Source: Dehalococcoidia bacterium (lineage in GTDB: Bacteria; Chloroflexota; Dehalococcoidia; Lucifugimonadales; UBA2962). Taken from it: a stretch of DNA of 64,000 bases. Below, piece after piece: positions 8,930 to 17,424 of this stretch (position 1 is its first letter; each line of letters opens with the position of its first letter). Under the pieces are notes generated by a model. The model was not told where the DNA came from. It worked only from the letters and a program-made list of their open reading frames with translations, and ran no database searches. The stretch lies in NCBI GenBank assembly GCA_034421295.1, contig DAOUKM010000019.1, forward strand, positions 257,611-321,610, in the 5' to 3' direction. The position numbers and the translations under genes were made by a program.

Positions 8930-9428
8930 CCCACTTCGGATCGGCGCCGTCATGGGCGACCCTGTTGAACTTCGATTCAAAGAATATCAGCGGCCTGCCC
9001 TCGCGCACGCTAAGGCTCTTGACCTCGCCGATGAAAATCGTGTGGTCTCCCTGGGTAACCTCATCGTGCACGGTGCAGTCCATGAACGCCAAACAGCCGC
9101 TGATGTGGGCCGCGCCGCTGCCGGTGATTTCGATTTCGGCATCAGGCTGGCCGATGCGTCTCTCCGGCGGTCGCGCGTAGTACTCGGCCACAGAGCTCTG
9201 ATCCTCGTTGAGAATGTTGATGGCAAACCGTCCGGTGTCGCGGATGAGCTTGTAGGTGTTACGCCGATGGTCAACGCATACCAGAACCAGCATCGGGTCC
9301 AGGGAGACAGAGGCGATTCCGTTGGCCGCCATGCCGTGGACGGAGCCGTTCTCCTCTATGGAGGTGATCACCGATACGCCGGTGGCGAATTTGGCCCAGG
9401 CCTTCCTGAACTTGTCGGTGTCGGGCAA
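8925..9428 (-). CDS. Flavin reductase (FMN-binding split-barrel domain) protein
   Basis: 167 aa; FATGVSVITS...HGMAANGIASVSLDPMLVLVCV pattern typical of Flavin_Reduct domain proteins. Confidence 0.8.
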   Translation of the reverse strand: MPDTDKFRKAWAKFATGVSVITSIEENGSVHGMAANGIASVSLDPMLVLVCVDHRRNTYKLIRDTGRFAINILNEDQSSVAEYYARPPERRIGQPDAEIEITGSGAAHISGCLAFMDCTVHDEVTQGDHTIFIGEVKSLSVREGRPLIFFESKFNRVAHDGADPKWG

Positions 9429-9490
9429 GGCCCTTCCTTTCCAGTTGGTCGCGGCGGCTTAGTGACTGGCCCGAATTATATTGCAGATGT

Positions 9491-9528
9491 TTGACACCCC
9501 TTCCGGGCCGATCCTAGAATCGGCCCGG
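9491..9528 (+). promoter_or_regulatory. Sigma-70-type promoter TTGACA-18-TAGAAT overlapped by a 10-bp-arm palindrome (operator candidate)
   Basis: TTGACA 9491-9496; TAGAAT 9515-9520; inverted repeat CCGGGCCGAT (9503-9512) / ATCGGCCCGG (9519-9528); RBS GGGGAGG 9530-9536; TTG start 9542. Confidence 0.5.
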
Positions 9529-9541
9529 TGGGGAGGTAAAG

Positions 9542-9784
9542 TTGAGCACCAAAGCCTACGTACTTATCGAGACTTCGGTCGGCAAGGCCCGGGATGTGTC
9601 CGAGGCGCTTGGTGACCTGCCGACCGTTGTGACGGTGGACGCTGTGACCGGACCCTATGACATCATTGCGGTCGTCGACGCGGACGACCTGGGCGCCGTG
9701 GGAGAGTTGGTCACCGGGAAGATTCACACGATCGGCGGAATCGTCCGAACTGTGACCTGCCTATCTATGGGGACGGCGATCTAG
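9542..9784 (+). CDS. Stand-alone Lrp/AsnC-type ligand-binding (RAM) domain protein
   Basis: 80 aa; KAYVLIETSVGKARDV...L..LP.V..VDAVTGPYDIIAVV.ADDL..V.....KIHTI.GI..T.T matches the AsnC_trans_reg/RAM fold pattern; no HTH domain. Confidence 0.7.
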   Translation: MSTKAYVLIETSVGKARDVSEALGDLPTVVTVDAVTGPYDIIAVVDADDLGAVGELVTGKIHTIGGIVRTVTCLSMGTAI

Positions 9785-9890
9785 GAGGGGTAGGGCACTC
9801 ATCGCGCACGGGCATCGGCAGCGTAGCCCTAACCGGCGCATCCTGCCGGACGCTGTCCACTGCTGACGCGATTCCCGGGGGAGAGCGGCG

Positions 9891-10958
9891 CTAGGCGAAC
9901 GTCAGCGCCCTTCGTGGGTTGTCAACTAGAAGTTGATCGATCAGACCCTGGTCGAGACCCCGCCGGCGCAGTCGCGGGACTATGTTGTCGAGGATGTGGG
10001 CGATTCCCTTACCACCGTAGCGGGTGAGCTGGTGTTTGAAGTTGGCGTCGTGAGAGATGACGACCTGATCGGCGAAACCCCTCTCGATTAGGAACTCTAT
10101 CTTGTCCATCTCCTGCGCGTCGCTGGCCGCGAACTCATTGTATTTTCCCATGTAGCGGATGCTCGAATCCTCGTAGGCGCCGAGGTGATCAAACTCCAGA
10201 AAGCACCCGGCCTGCCCAAGCTCTGTCATGGCGCCCATGTCCCAGATGGCCATGCCCAGATGGGCGAATATGATGTTTGTGGGGTCTGCGCCCGCGGCAA
10301 TGAGAACGTCCAGAATGCCGTGAGGAGACCAGTCGTTAAGTCCCGGGTGGATCATGATGGGCGCGCCGGTCTCAATCTGGGCGCATGCCGAGGCTCGCAG
10401 CACCTTGCGCTCGTTCTCGGTAAGCGGGTGGAAGTTTCCGACCTCGCCGATCAACCCGCTCTTGATGCCTGTGTCGTCGACGCCGAGCGTGATGTCGCGC
10501 ACGATCTTGTCGGAGAGTAGCTCCTCGGAGCGCTGGTCCATGTCCGCAGGGTGGGCGACGGGCACGTAGTAGCTGCCCCCCATGACGATGTTAAGCCCCG
10601 TGGCCCTGGAGATCCTGGCCAAGCCCCGGGGGTCCCGCCCTATGCCCAGGCTGGTGGCGTCGACCACCGAGACGCCCCCGGAGTACCGGTACTGGAGAGC
10701 CTCTTCGATGGCGACCTCAATGTCCCAGAGCCTGCCCGTGTCCTTGTTGTGCGACCAGTTGGCCATGATGCCCCCCAGCCGTTCGATAGAGACCGGTGCG
10801 TCTATCCAGACCCTCCGGCTCGCCTCCTCGGGCGGCTCGAAGTAGCATTCCAGGTCGACGAGCAGGTGCTCGTGCATGATCGTGAGACCGAGTTGTTCGG
10901 GTGGGATCGTTCCCAGAACGGTCTGTACCCATCCCGACTGCGGGCTGTTTGGCGCCAT
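9891..10958 (-). CDS. Phosphotriesterase-homology protein (Php/PTER family), paralog 2
   Basis: Track ORF 9891..11036 (GTG). ATG at 10958 gives an N-terminus (MAPNSPQSGWVQTVLG..) collinear with paralog 1. Motifs LGLTIMHEHLL, GLIGEVGN, IMIHPG, IIFAHLG, VISHDAN. Confidence 0.85.
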   Translation of the reverse strand: MAPNSPQSGWVQTVLGTIPPEQLGLTIMHEHLLVDLECYFEPPEEASRRVWIDAPVSIERLGGIMANWSHNKDTGRLWDIEVAIEEALQYRYSGGVSVVDATSLGIGRDPRGLARISRATGLNIVMGGSYYVPVAHPADMDQRSEELLSDKIVRDITLGVDDTGIKSGLIGEVGNFHPLTENERKVLRASACAQIETGAPIMIHPGLNDWSPHGILDVLIAAGADPTNIIFAHLGMAIWDMGAMTELGQAGCFLEFDHLGAYEDSSIRYMGKYNEFAASDAQEMDKIEFLIERGFADQVVISHDANFKHQLTRYGGKGIAHILDNIVPRLRRRGLDQGLIDQLLVDNPRRALTFA

Positions 10959-11086
10959 AACTGTCACGGTGCCTGCTGAGTTTGCATCAGAGTCTATAGA
11001 AATCGAGGGCGACCAACACTGTCGGCGCGCGAACACGAGGGGCGGGTAAGGTACTATGCGATCGGTCGACTGCCCAGGAGGATCAG

Positions 11087-12034
11087 ATGGACTACGATGC
11101 GATTCGCCAAGAGCTAAGAGGGCCGGCGGTGCTGGTGATGACGCCGTTCGACTCTGCCTATCAACTCAACCTGGACGCCCTGCGCATGAATATCCGCCAC
11201 ATCGTCCAGGGTGGAGTCTCAAGGGGCAAGGGATTCGTAATCTGCCCATCCGGGACGGGCGAGTACAACACCTTGTCCGGAGACGAACACAGGGCCGTCG
11301 TGGAGGCGGCCGTGGAGTCCGCGCAGGGGGACATAGAGATCGTCGCCGGAGTCGCGTCCAGTTCGCACTTCGAAGTCATAGAGCGCTGCAATCAGGCCCT
11401 CGATGCAGGCGCAAAGGTGGCTATGGTACCGCCTCAGTACTACTACCATGGCATGGACCGGGACGCACTTGTTCGCTGGTACGCAGAGATAGCCAGCCAG
11501 ACGCAGATCGGCCTTATGGTGTACGACCAGTCCTGGCGACGTCTGGGCGATAGCGTGGATTGCCGGACGACGGCCCGGTTGGTTGACATCCCCAGCGTGG
11601 TCTCAGTGAAGCGGGGATTCGAGCCCTCCTTCCAGGACTATGTGGAAACGATGGACCGCTTTGCCGAGAGGTTGGCTATCGTGGACAACTCGTATGGACA
11701 TACCGCGGGTATGGCTCATCAGCACGGCGCCTCCTCCTACATAACGGGCATCGCCGCCTTCTGGCCCCAGGGGGAAGCGAAGTACTGGTCGCTGCTTGAG
11801 GCCGGCAGGTACGCTGAAGCCGACAGGCTCCACTCTCGGCAATCCACCTTCTGGCACTTTGTCGACGACGATTTCGCCGGCTATGCCACCAACGTGCTGA
11901 AGGCTGCGGCCAGGTACGTAGGCATTGAAGCCGGATCCGTGCGACCTCCGTTCCGCGACCTCAGTGATGAGGAGCGGGCCAGGCTGGCCGATATTCTCCG
12001 TGAACTGGGGGTGCCTGAAGCGCACACAGTCTGA
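11087..12034 (+). CDS. Dihydrodipicolinate synthase / N-acetylneuraminate lyase family (class I aldolase) protein, paralog 1
   Basis: 315 aa; RBS AGGAGGA upstream; family pattern ..GTGE...LS..E...V......G...VVAGV....; VSVKRG supplies the Schiff-base Lys position. Confidence 0.75.
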   Translation: MDYDAIRQELRGPAVLVMTPFDSAYQLNLDALRMNIRHIVQGGVSRGKGFVICPSGTGEYNTLSGDEHRAVVEAAVESAQGDIEIVAGVASSSHFEVIERCNQALDAGAKVAMVPPQYYYHGMDRDALVRWYAEIASQTQIGLMVYDQSWRRLGDSVDCRTTARLVDIPSVVSVKRGFEPSFQDYVETMDRFAERLAIVDNSYGHTAGMAHQHGASSYITGIAAFWPQGEAKYWSLLEAGRYAEADRLHSRQSTFWHFVDDDFAGYATNVLKAAARYVGIEAGSVRPPFRDLSDEERARLADILRELGVPEAHTV

Positions 12035-12040
12035 GGGTCG

Positions 12041-12817
12041 ATGCGAATGCGTGTCGCCCGCGGCGTCCACATGATCCCGGGCATAAGGTGGTCCCGTGTC
12101 TGGCTGATTGAAGGGGAAGACGAACTGGCCCTGGTGGACGCTGGCCATCCCTGGACTTCATCTGCGGTGGCGGGTTATCTGCGGTCGATTGGCCGCGGCT
12201 TGCAGGAAGTGTCCCTGATCCTGATAACTCACGCTCATCCCGACCATTTCGGCGGTGCCGCCAGGCTGCGGATGACGACTGGGGCTCGCATCGTCGCCCA
12301 TCCGGCGGACTGTCGCCGATTGTCGGACGGGACGTGGAGCCTTAGCTACCTGGGGGCGGGGAGCGTAGCCGCTCCGGTACCGTTCTTTCGCAGGACGCCG
12401 GTCGATCTGTTGGTGGGGGATGGCGACGTCCTTCCGTTTTCCCGAGCCGTTCGTGTATTCCACACGCCAGGACATTCGCCGGGCAGCCTGTGTTACCTGC
12501 TGGAGCGAGACGGGGTCCTGTTCACCGGAGATACACTCTTCAGCGACGGTCGCAGGGTGGCCAGGTCGGCGCCCTTTCCCAAGTCGGACCGCAGCCTCTA
12601 CAGGCACTCGGTTGCAAGGATGTCGGACCTCGAGTTCGATGTTCTGTGCGGTGGCCATGGCCGGGCTCTGGAGGGAAGTGGCTCAGCTGCGGTCCGCGAG
12701 CTGGTCAGGCGTCGCCCGGAGCCTCCTGGCTGGGGACAGGTGCTGGCGCGCCTAGCCGGGCGCACACGGGGTCTTTCCAGATGTAATCGCCGTCGTGACC
12801 CGCCGCCCGGGCCCTAG
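12041..12817 (+). CDS. MBL-fold metallo-hydrolase
   Basis: ITHAHPDHFGG (HxHxDH) motif, later HTPGHSPG and GGHG; Arg/Pro-rich C-terminal tail. Confidence 0.8.
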   Translation: MRMRVARGVHMIPGIRWSRVWLIEGEDELALVDAGHPWTSSAVAGYLRSIGRGLQEVSLILITHAHPDHFGGAARLRMTTGARIVAHPADCRRLSDGTWSLSYLGAGSVAAPVPFFRRTPVDLLVGDGDVLPFSRAVRVFHTPGHSPGSLCYLLERDGVLFTGDTLFSDGRRVARSAPFPKSDRSLYRHSVARMSDLEFDVLCGGHGRALEGSGSAAVRELVRRRPEPPGWGQVLARLAGRTRGLSRCNRRRDPPPGP

Positions 12818-12851
12818 GTGCTGAGTCCCCGACCCTGGACCTGGCACGTCA

Positions 12852-14084
12852 CTAGACCAGGAGCAGTCCGTTTTCCTTGATCACGCGGCCCTGGCTGATT
12901 ATGGTGTCCACCTTGTGCAGCGTACGGATGTCTGACAGCGGATCGCCTGCGATCATCAGCGCATCCGCCGATTTTCCCGGCTCGAGAGTTCCGGTCTCGT
13001 CGTCTATATCCAGGCACTCGGCGGATGTGCGGGTGGCCGAGACTATTGCGTCCATCTCGGAGATGCCCATCCCCTCGACCATTACCTGCGGCGTGTAGGC
13101 AAAGTCGCCGAACTCAACGAAGGCCATGCCTGTGTCCAGTCCTGTGACGAACTTGACCCCCCGGTCCCACATGTCGCGGAGGATGGCATAGCGACCCTCG
13201 GGGTCGTCAAGAACCGCCGAGGTGGAGCCCGGATCGGGAGGCACACCCTTGAGAGCCCTGATGTCAGCAATTGCGATGGTTGGGTCGACCCACAGGCCCT
13301 TTTCGGCCATGCTGTCGGCCACCTTGGGTCGGTAGTCCCAGTTGTCCCCCTCGTCTGCCGGTAGCCAGGTGCTGTGAATCAGGTTGTGCACGCCGGCCTC
13401 AGTGCAGTTGACCACGCCTACCGTGCCATGGCAGTGGGCTGCGACCCTCACCCCCATTCGATCGGCGTCGGCAACAGCCGCCTTGAGGGTGGAGGCGGGA
13501 TACTGGGCTGCTCGCACGTTGGACCGCGGGGTGAACGCGCCGCCGGTCGACATGATCTTGATGTAGTCGGCCCCCAGCTTTATCTGCCGCCGGACGGCTG
13601 TAACGACCTCGTCGACGGTGTCGGCTTCGGTGCCGAAGCTGTTGCAGTGACCACCGGTAGTCGTGATCGGCGTGCCCGTTACGAGCATGCGAGGTCCCGG
13701 GATCTTGCCGTCCGCAACCGCCCTCTTGACCGGGAAGGCGATCTCGTTGCGGCTGCCCAGGTCGCGAACCGTGGTTACACCGGACGCCAGGGTCGCTCGA
13801 ACCGCGTTGACCGAACGCATCAGCAGTTCGTCGTGGCTCTCCCTTGTGACGTGTTCGTAGGCATCGGGGCTGGCCGAACAGTGCATGTGGGAGTGCACTT
13901 CAATGAAACCCGGCATGATGGTGCCGCCGGCCAGTTCCATGACTTCTCCGTTCGGGCTGCCGCCGAGCTGGTCCCGTGTTGTGACCGCAAGTATGCGGCC
14001 GTCCTCAATGATCAGGGCGCCGTTGGGGACGGGAGCCGCCCCTGTACCGTCGATCAGTCGGTCGGCGATGAGAATTCGTCGCAT
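12852..14084 (-). CDS. Amidohydrolase-family metal-dependent hydrolase
   Basis: 410 aa; GFIEVHSHMH (HxH), KIMSTGG, AAHCHG and a C-terminal LEPGKSADALMI..DPL pattern typical of the amidohydro_1/imidazolonepropionase-like group. Confidence 0.8.
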   Translation of the reverse strand: MRRILIADRLIDGTGAAPVPNGALIIEDGRILAVTTRDQLGGSPNGEVMELAGGTIMPGFIEVHSHMHCSASPDAYEHVTRESHDELLMRSVNAVRATLASGVTTVRDLGSRNEIAFPVKRAVADGKIPGPRMLVTGTPITTTGGHCNSFGTEADTVDEVVTAVRRQIKLGADYIKIMSTGGAFTPRSNVRAAQYPASTLKAAVADADRMGVRVAAHCHGTVGVVNCTEAGVHNLIHSTWLPADEGDNWDYRPKVADSMAEKGLWVDPTIAIADIRALKGVPPDPGSTSAVLDDPEGRYAILRDMWDRGVKFVTGLDTGMAFVEFGDFAYTPQVMVEGMGISEMDAIVSATRTSAECLDIDDETGTLEPGKSADALMIAGDPLSDIRTLHKVDTIISQGRVIKENGLLLV

Positions 14085-14117
14085 CGAGGGTTCCTTAAGG
14101 GTCCGGGAGGGAATGTC

Positions 14118-14152
14118 GGCGGGATTATAGGGTTATCGGATATAATCCCGCC
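14118..14152. promoter_or_regulatory. Perfect 12-bp-arm palindrome carrying mirrored TATAAT boxes between divergent genes
   Basis: GGCGGGATTATA (14118-14129) - 11 nt - TATAATCCCGCC (14141-14152); each strand reads TATAATCCCGCC pointing toward its gene (amidohydrolase on -, E1-alpha on +). Confidence 0.55.
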
Positions 14153-14218
14153 ACCGGCGGGCAAGCGGCCCAGCCGACTAGGATAGGCGCGGTTTTTCGA
14201 AGTTTTGGAGGGCGGTTT

Positions 14219-15202
14219 ATGGCCACCGCGAAAGCATCCGTACCCAAGGAAAAATTGCTGTGGATGTACGAAACCATGGTCCTGATCCGGCGCTTCGAGG
14301 AGCAGGCGAAACGTGAGGCCGACCAGGGCCGGATACTGGGGACGCACTCGGCTATAGGTGAGGAGGCGGTGCCGACCGGCATCTGCGCGCACCTGCGAGA
14401 TGATGACTACGTGCTCGGTAACCATCGCAGCCACCATCACTGCATCGCCAAGGGGGTCGGCGTCAAGGAGATGATGGCCGAACTGCTCGGTAAGGTGACC
14501 GGCACAAATCGGGGTAAGGGCGGCACGATGCACATCGCCGATGCGACCAAGGGAATGCTCGGCGCCAACGGCGTGGTTGGATCGAATATACCTGTTGCCA
14601 CGGGCTGCGCACTCGCCGCCAAGGTCCAGGGGCGTGACAGCGTGTCCGTCGTGTTCTTTGGTGACGGGGCATCAAGCCAGGGATCACTGCACGAGGCGAT
14701 GAACCTGGCGTCGATCTGGGATTTGCCGGTGATATTCATTTGCGAGAACAATCGCTACGCGGAGTCGACGCCTTACGAATACGCGGTCGCCGGAAAGTCC
14801 GTGGCCAGTCGTGCCGCCGGGTACGCGATGCCCGGGGTGACGGTGGATGGTCAGAACGTGATGGAGATGTACGAGGTGGCTGGCGAAGCGGTTGCCCGCG
14901 CACGTCGCGGAGAGGGCCCGACGCTCATCGAGGCGTTAACCTACCGCTATCACGGCCACTACGGTGCCGACAATCCGCTGGGCTATCGCACAGAGGATGA
15001 GGAGGAGTACTACAAGGACCGGGACTGCATAGACACCATGTCCAAGTTCCTGCTGGAGAGTGGCATCATGACCCAACAGGAATTGGACGAGGTTGACCGC
15101 GTGGCTACAGGGCAGGTCGAGGAGGCGTCCAAGTTTGCCATCGAGAGCCCTTACCCGGACCCGTCCGAGATCCTCAGCGACGTGTACGTAAACTACCCCT
15201 AG
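14219..15202 (+). CDS. 2-oxoacid (pyruvate/acetoin/branched-chain type) dehydrogenase E1 component, alpha subunit (TPP-dependent)
   Basis: 327 aa; FFGDGASSQGSLHEAMNLASIWDLPVIFICENNRYA (TPP-binding GDG...NN motif), YRYHGH. Confidence 0.9.
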   Translation: MATAKASVPKEKLLWMYETMVLIRRFEEQAKREADQGRILGTHSAIGEEAVPTGICAHLRDDDYVLGNHRSHHHCIAKGVGVKEMMAELLGKVTGTNRGKGGTMHIADATKGMLGANGVVGSNIPVATGCALAAKVQGRDSVSVVFFGDGASSQGSLHEAMNLASIWDLPVIFICENNRYAESTPYEYAVAGKSVASRAAGYAMPGVTVDGQNVMEMYEVAGEAVARARRGEGPTLIEALTYRYHGHYGADNPLGYRTEDEEEYYKDRDCIDTMSKFLLESGIMTQQELDEVDRVATGQVEEASKFAIESPYPDPSEILSDVYVNYP

Positions 15203-15326
15203 TTGTGCATGCACCCTTCCGCCGGGCTCTCTGGGAACGTCGCGGCATAGGGACCACTGCGGGTGAAGGCCACGGGTGACCATCCAGCGACGGCAGGATT
15301 GAACAGTCTGCGAGGAGAATCTACAT

Positions 15327-16355
15327 ATGGCGACGACAGCGGTTAGGGCACTCACATATGCGCAGGCGGTCAACGAGGGCTTCCATCAGGAGTTCGAGCG
15401 AGATCCGGCTGTCATCATCATGGGCGAGGACGTGGCCGGTGGGGCGGGCCGGGACGATTTCGAGGACGCGTGGGGAGGGGTCTTTAAGCTGACGCGGGGG
15501 CTGATCGGCAAGTACGGCCCCGAGCGGGTCCGAGACACCCCGATAGCGGAGAATGGCTTCATCGGTGCCGCCGTGGGTGCTTCGGCCGCCGGTCTCAGGC
15601 CGATCGCCGATCTGATGTTCGTGGGCTTTGTGGGTGTTTGCGGCGATCAGATCTTCAACAACATGGCGAAGATGCATTACATGTTCGGCGGAAAGGTGAA
15701 TCTGCCGCTCACCGTTATCACCTCCACGGGGGCCGGCGTCGGCTCGGCGGCCCAGCACTCCGAAACCCTGTACTCGATCTTTGTACACTTCCCGGGACTC
15801 AAGTGCGTTGCCCCCTCAAATCCGTACAACGCCAAGGGGCTGCATATAGCCGCCATCCGAGATGATGACCCCGTGATCGTCTTTAACAACAAGCTGCTCA
15901 TGGGGGGCGTGGGCACCGGCGCACATGTGCCTGAGGAGGCGTATGAGGTTCCCATCGGAAAGGCCCACATAGCCAGGGAGGGCGGTGACGTCACCCTGAT
16001 CGGCATCAGCTACACGACGTATCAATGCCTTAAGGCGGCCGATATTCTGGCCGATCGCGGGTATTCGGCCGAGGTCATAGATCTACTATCCCTGTCGCCG
16101 CTCGACGAAGACACCGTCCTGAGTTCTGTACAGAAGACTCGCAAGGTGGTGATCGTGGACGAGGACTACCCGCGCTGCTCGATGGCCTCGGAACTGTCTG
16201 CGGTGATAGCCGAGCAGGCCTTTGACTTTCTCGACGCACCCCCGAGGAGGGTGATGGCTCCTCACACGTCCGTTCCATACAGCCCCGTCCTGGAAGACCA
16301 GTTCATTCCCTCGCCGGAGCGAATCGCCGAAGAGGCGATCGCGTCCATGGAGTAG
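15327..16355 (+). CDS. 2-oxoacid dehydrogenase E1 component, beta subunit, copy 1
   Basis: 342 aa; GEDVA...RVRDTPIAENGFIGAAVGA, AAQHSE, FPGLKCVAPSNPY.AKGL, C-terminal transketolase-C domain. Confidence 0.9.
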   Translation: MATTAVRALTYAQAVNEGFHQEFERDPAVIIMGEDVAGGAGRDDFEDAWGGVFKLTRGLIGKYGPERVRDTPIAENGFIGAAVGASAAGLRPIADLMFVGFVGVCGDQIFNNMAKMHYMFGGKVNLPLTVITSTGAGVGSAAQHSETLYSIFVHFPGLKCVAPSNPYNAKGLHIAAIRDDDPVIVFNNKLLMGGVGTGAHVPEEAYEVPIGKAHIAREGGDVTLIGISYTTYQCLKAADILADRGYSAEVIDLLSLSPLDEDTVLSSVQKTRKVVIVDEDYPRCSMASELSAVIAEQAFDFLDAPPRRVMAPHTSVPYSPVLEDQFIPSPERIAEEAIASME

Positions 16356-16358
16356 CCC

Positions 16359-17387
16359 TTGGCCGATCAACGGCCGCTCACCTTCGTCCAGGCGACGAAC
16401 GAGGCGATTCGCACGATGATGCGTGAGGATCCCAATGTGATCGTGATGGGAGTGGATGTGGCCGGCGCGGCGGGCCGCGCCGATCAGGGATTCATCGACC
16501 ATTTTGGCGGCACTTTCCAGCTCACCAAGGGACTGATACAGGAGTTCGGTCCGGAGCGCGTTCGGGACACCCCCATTTCCGAGACCGGCTTCATGGGTGC
16601 GGGAGTCGGCGCGGCCGCGGCCGGGCTGAGGCCGTTGGTGGACATGATGTTCGTTGGCTTTGTGGGAGTCTGCGGGGACCAGATACTCAACAACATGGCC
16701 AAGATGCACTACATGTTCGGAGGCAAGGTCAAGCTGCCGATCACGGTCATGGCCCAGACCGGCGCCGGCCACGGCTATGCGGCGCAGCATTCAGAGACGC
16801 TCTGGTCCGTGTTCACACACTTTCCGGGCCTTAAGTGCGTCGTGCCGTCCGATCCCTACACGGCCAAGGGGCTTCAGATAGCGGCGATGCGCGACGACGA
16901 TCCGGTGATAATCTTCCAGTGTATCCGCTCCCTTGGAGCCAACTACGGCGGCCAGCACGTCCCGGAGGAGGCCTACGAGGTTCCGATCGGCCAGGCGAGG
17001 GTGGTTCGCGCCGGCACAGATGTGACTCTGATCGGCATCGGCTATGGCACACGCACGTGCTTGGAAGCCGCCGAGAAGCTGGCGGAGAGAGGGTACTCGG
17101 CGGAAGTCGTCGATCTTCTGTCCCTCTCTCCCCTGGACGAGCATACGATCATCGAGTCAATAAAGAAGACTCGCAAGGTGGTCATCACCGATGAAGATTA
17201 TCCGCGCTGCTCGATCGCGTCCGATCTCGCTGCGCTCGCGGTCGAGCAAGCATTCGATTTCCTCGATGCACCGCCAAAGAGGCTGAGCGCGCCCCACGCG
17301 TCCGTTGGCTACAGCCCGCCGCTGGAGGAGCGCCACCCCCCTAGGCCTGTCGACGTGGTTGAGGCCGCGGTCGCGGTCTTGGAATGA
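16359..17387 (+). CDS. 2-oxoacid dehydrogenase E1 component, beta subunit, copy 2 (tandem paralog)
   Basis: 342 aa, TTG start 3 nt after the stop of copy 1; collinear with copy 1 and roughly two-thirds identical by eye; retains AAQHSE and other conserved blocks. Confidence 0.85.
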   Translation: MADQRPLTFVQATNEAIRTMMREDPNVIVMGVDVAGAAGRADQGFIDHFGGTFQLTKGLIQEFGPERVRDTPISETGFMGAGVGAAAAGLRPLVDMMFVGFVGVCGDQILNNMAKMHYMFGGKVKLPITVMAQTGAGHGYAAQHSETLWSVFTHFPGLKCVVPSDPYTAKGLQIAAMRDDDPVIIFQCIRSLGANYGGQHVPEEAYEVPIGQARVVRAGTDVTLIGIGYGTRTCLEAAEKLAERGYSAEVVDLLSLSPLDEHTIIESIKKTRKVVITDEDYPRCSIASDLAALAVEQAFDFLDAPPKRLSAPHASVGYSPPLEERHPPRPVDVVEAAVAVLE

Positions 17388-17424
17388 GCGGCCGAACACC
17401 TACACTGGCGACTGGGAGGACCTA

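Larger units (their letters stand above)
15327..17387 (+). repeat. Tandem gene duplication (two E1-beta genes, equal length)
   Basis: Direct comparison of the two translated ORFs and their DNA (e.g. shared block MFVGFVGVCGDQI.NNMAKMHYMFGGKV). Confidence 0.9.

Noticed and set aside
17305-17424. Upstream ATG giving a 439-aa E2 protein
   Set aside because: The 40-aa extension overlaps the E1-beta' 3' end and is Arg/Trp-rich. ATG 17425 has a GGGAGGA RBS and starts exactly at the lipoyl-domain consensus.
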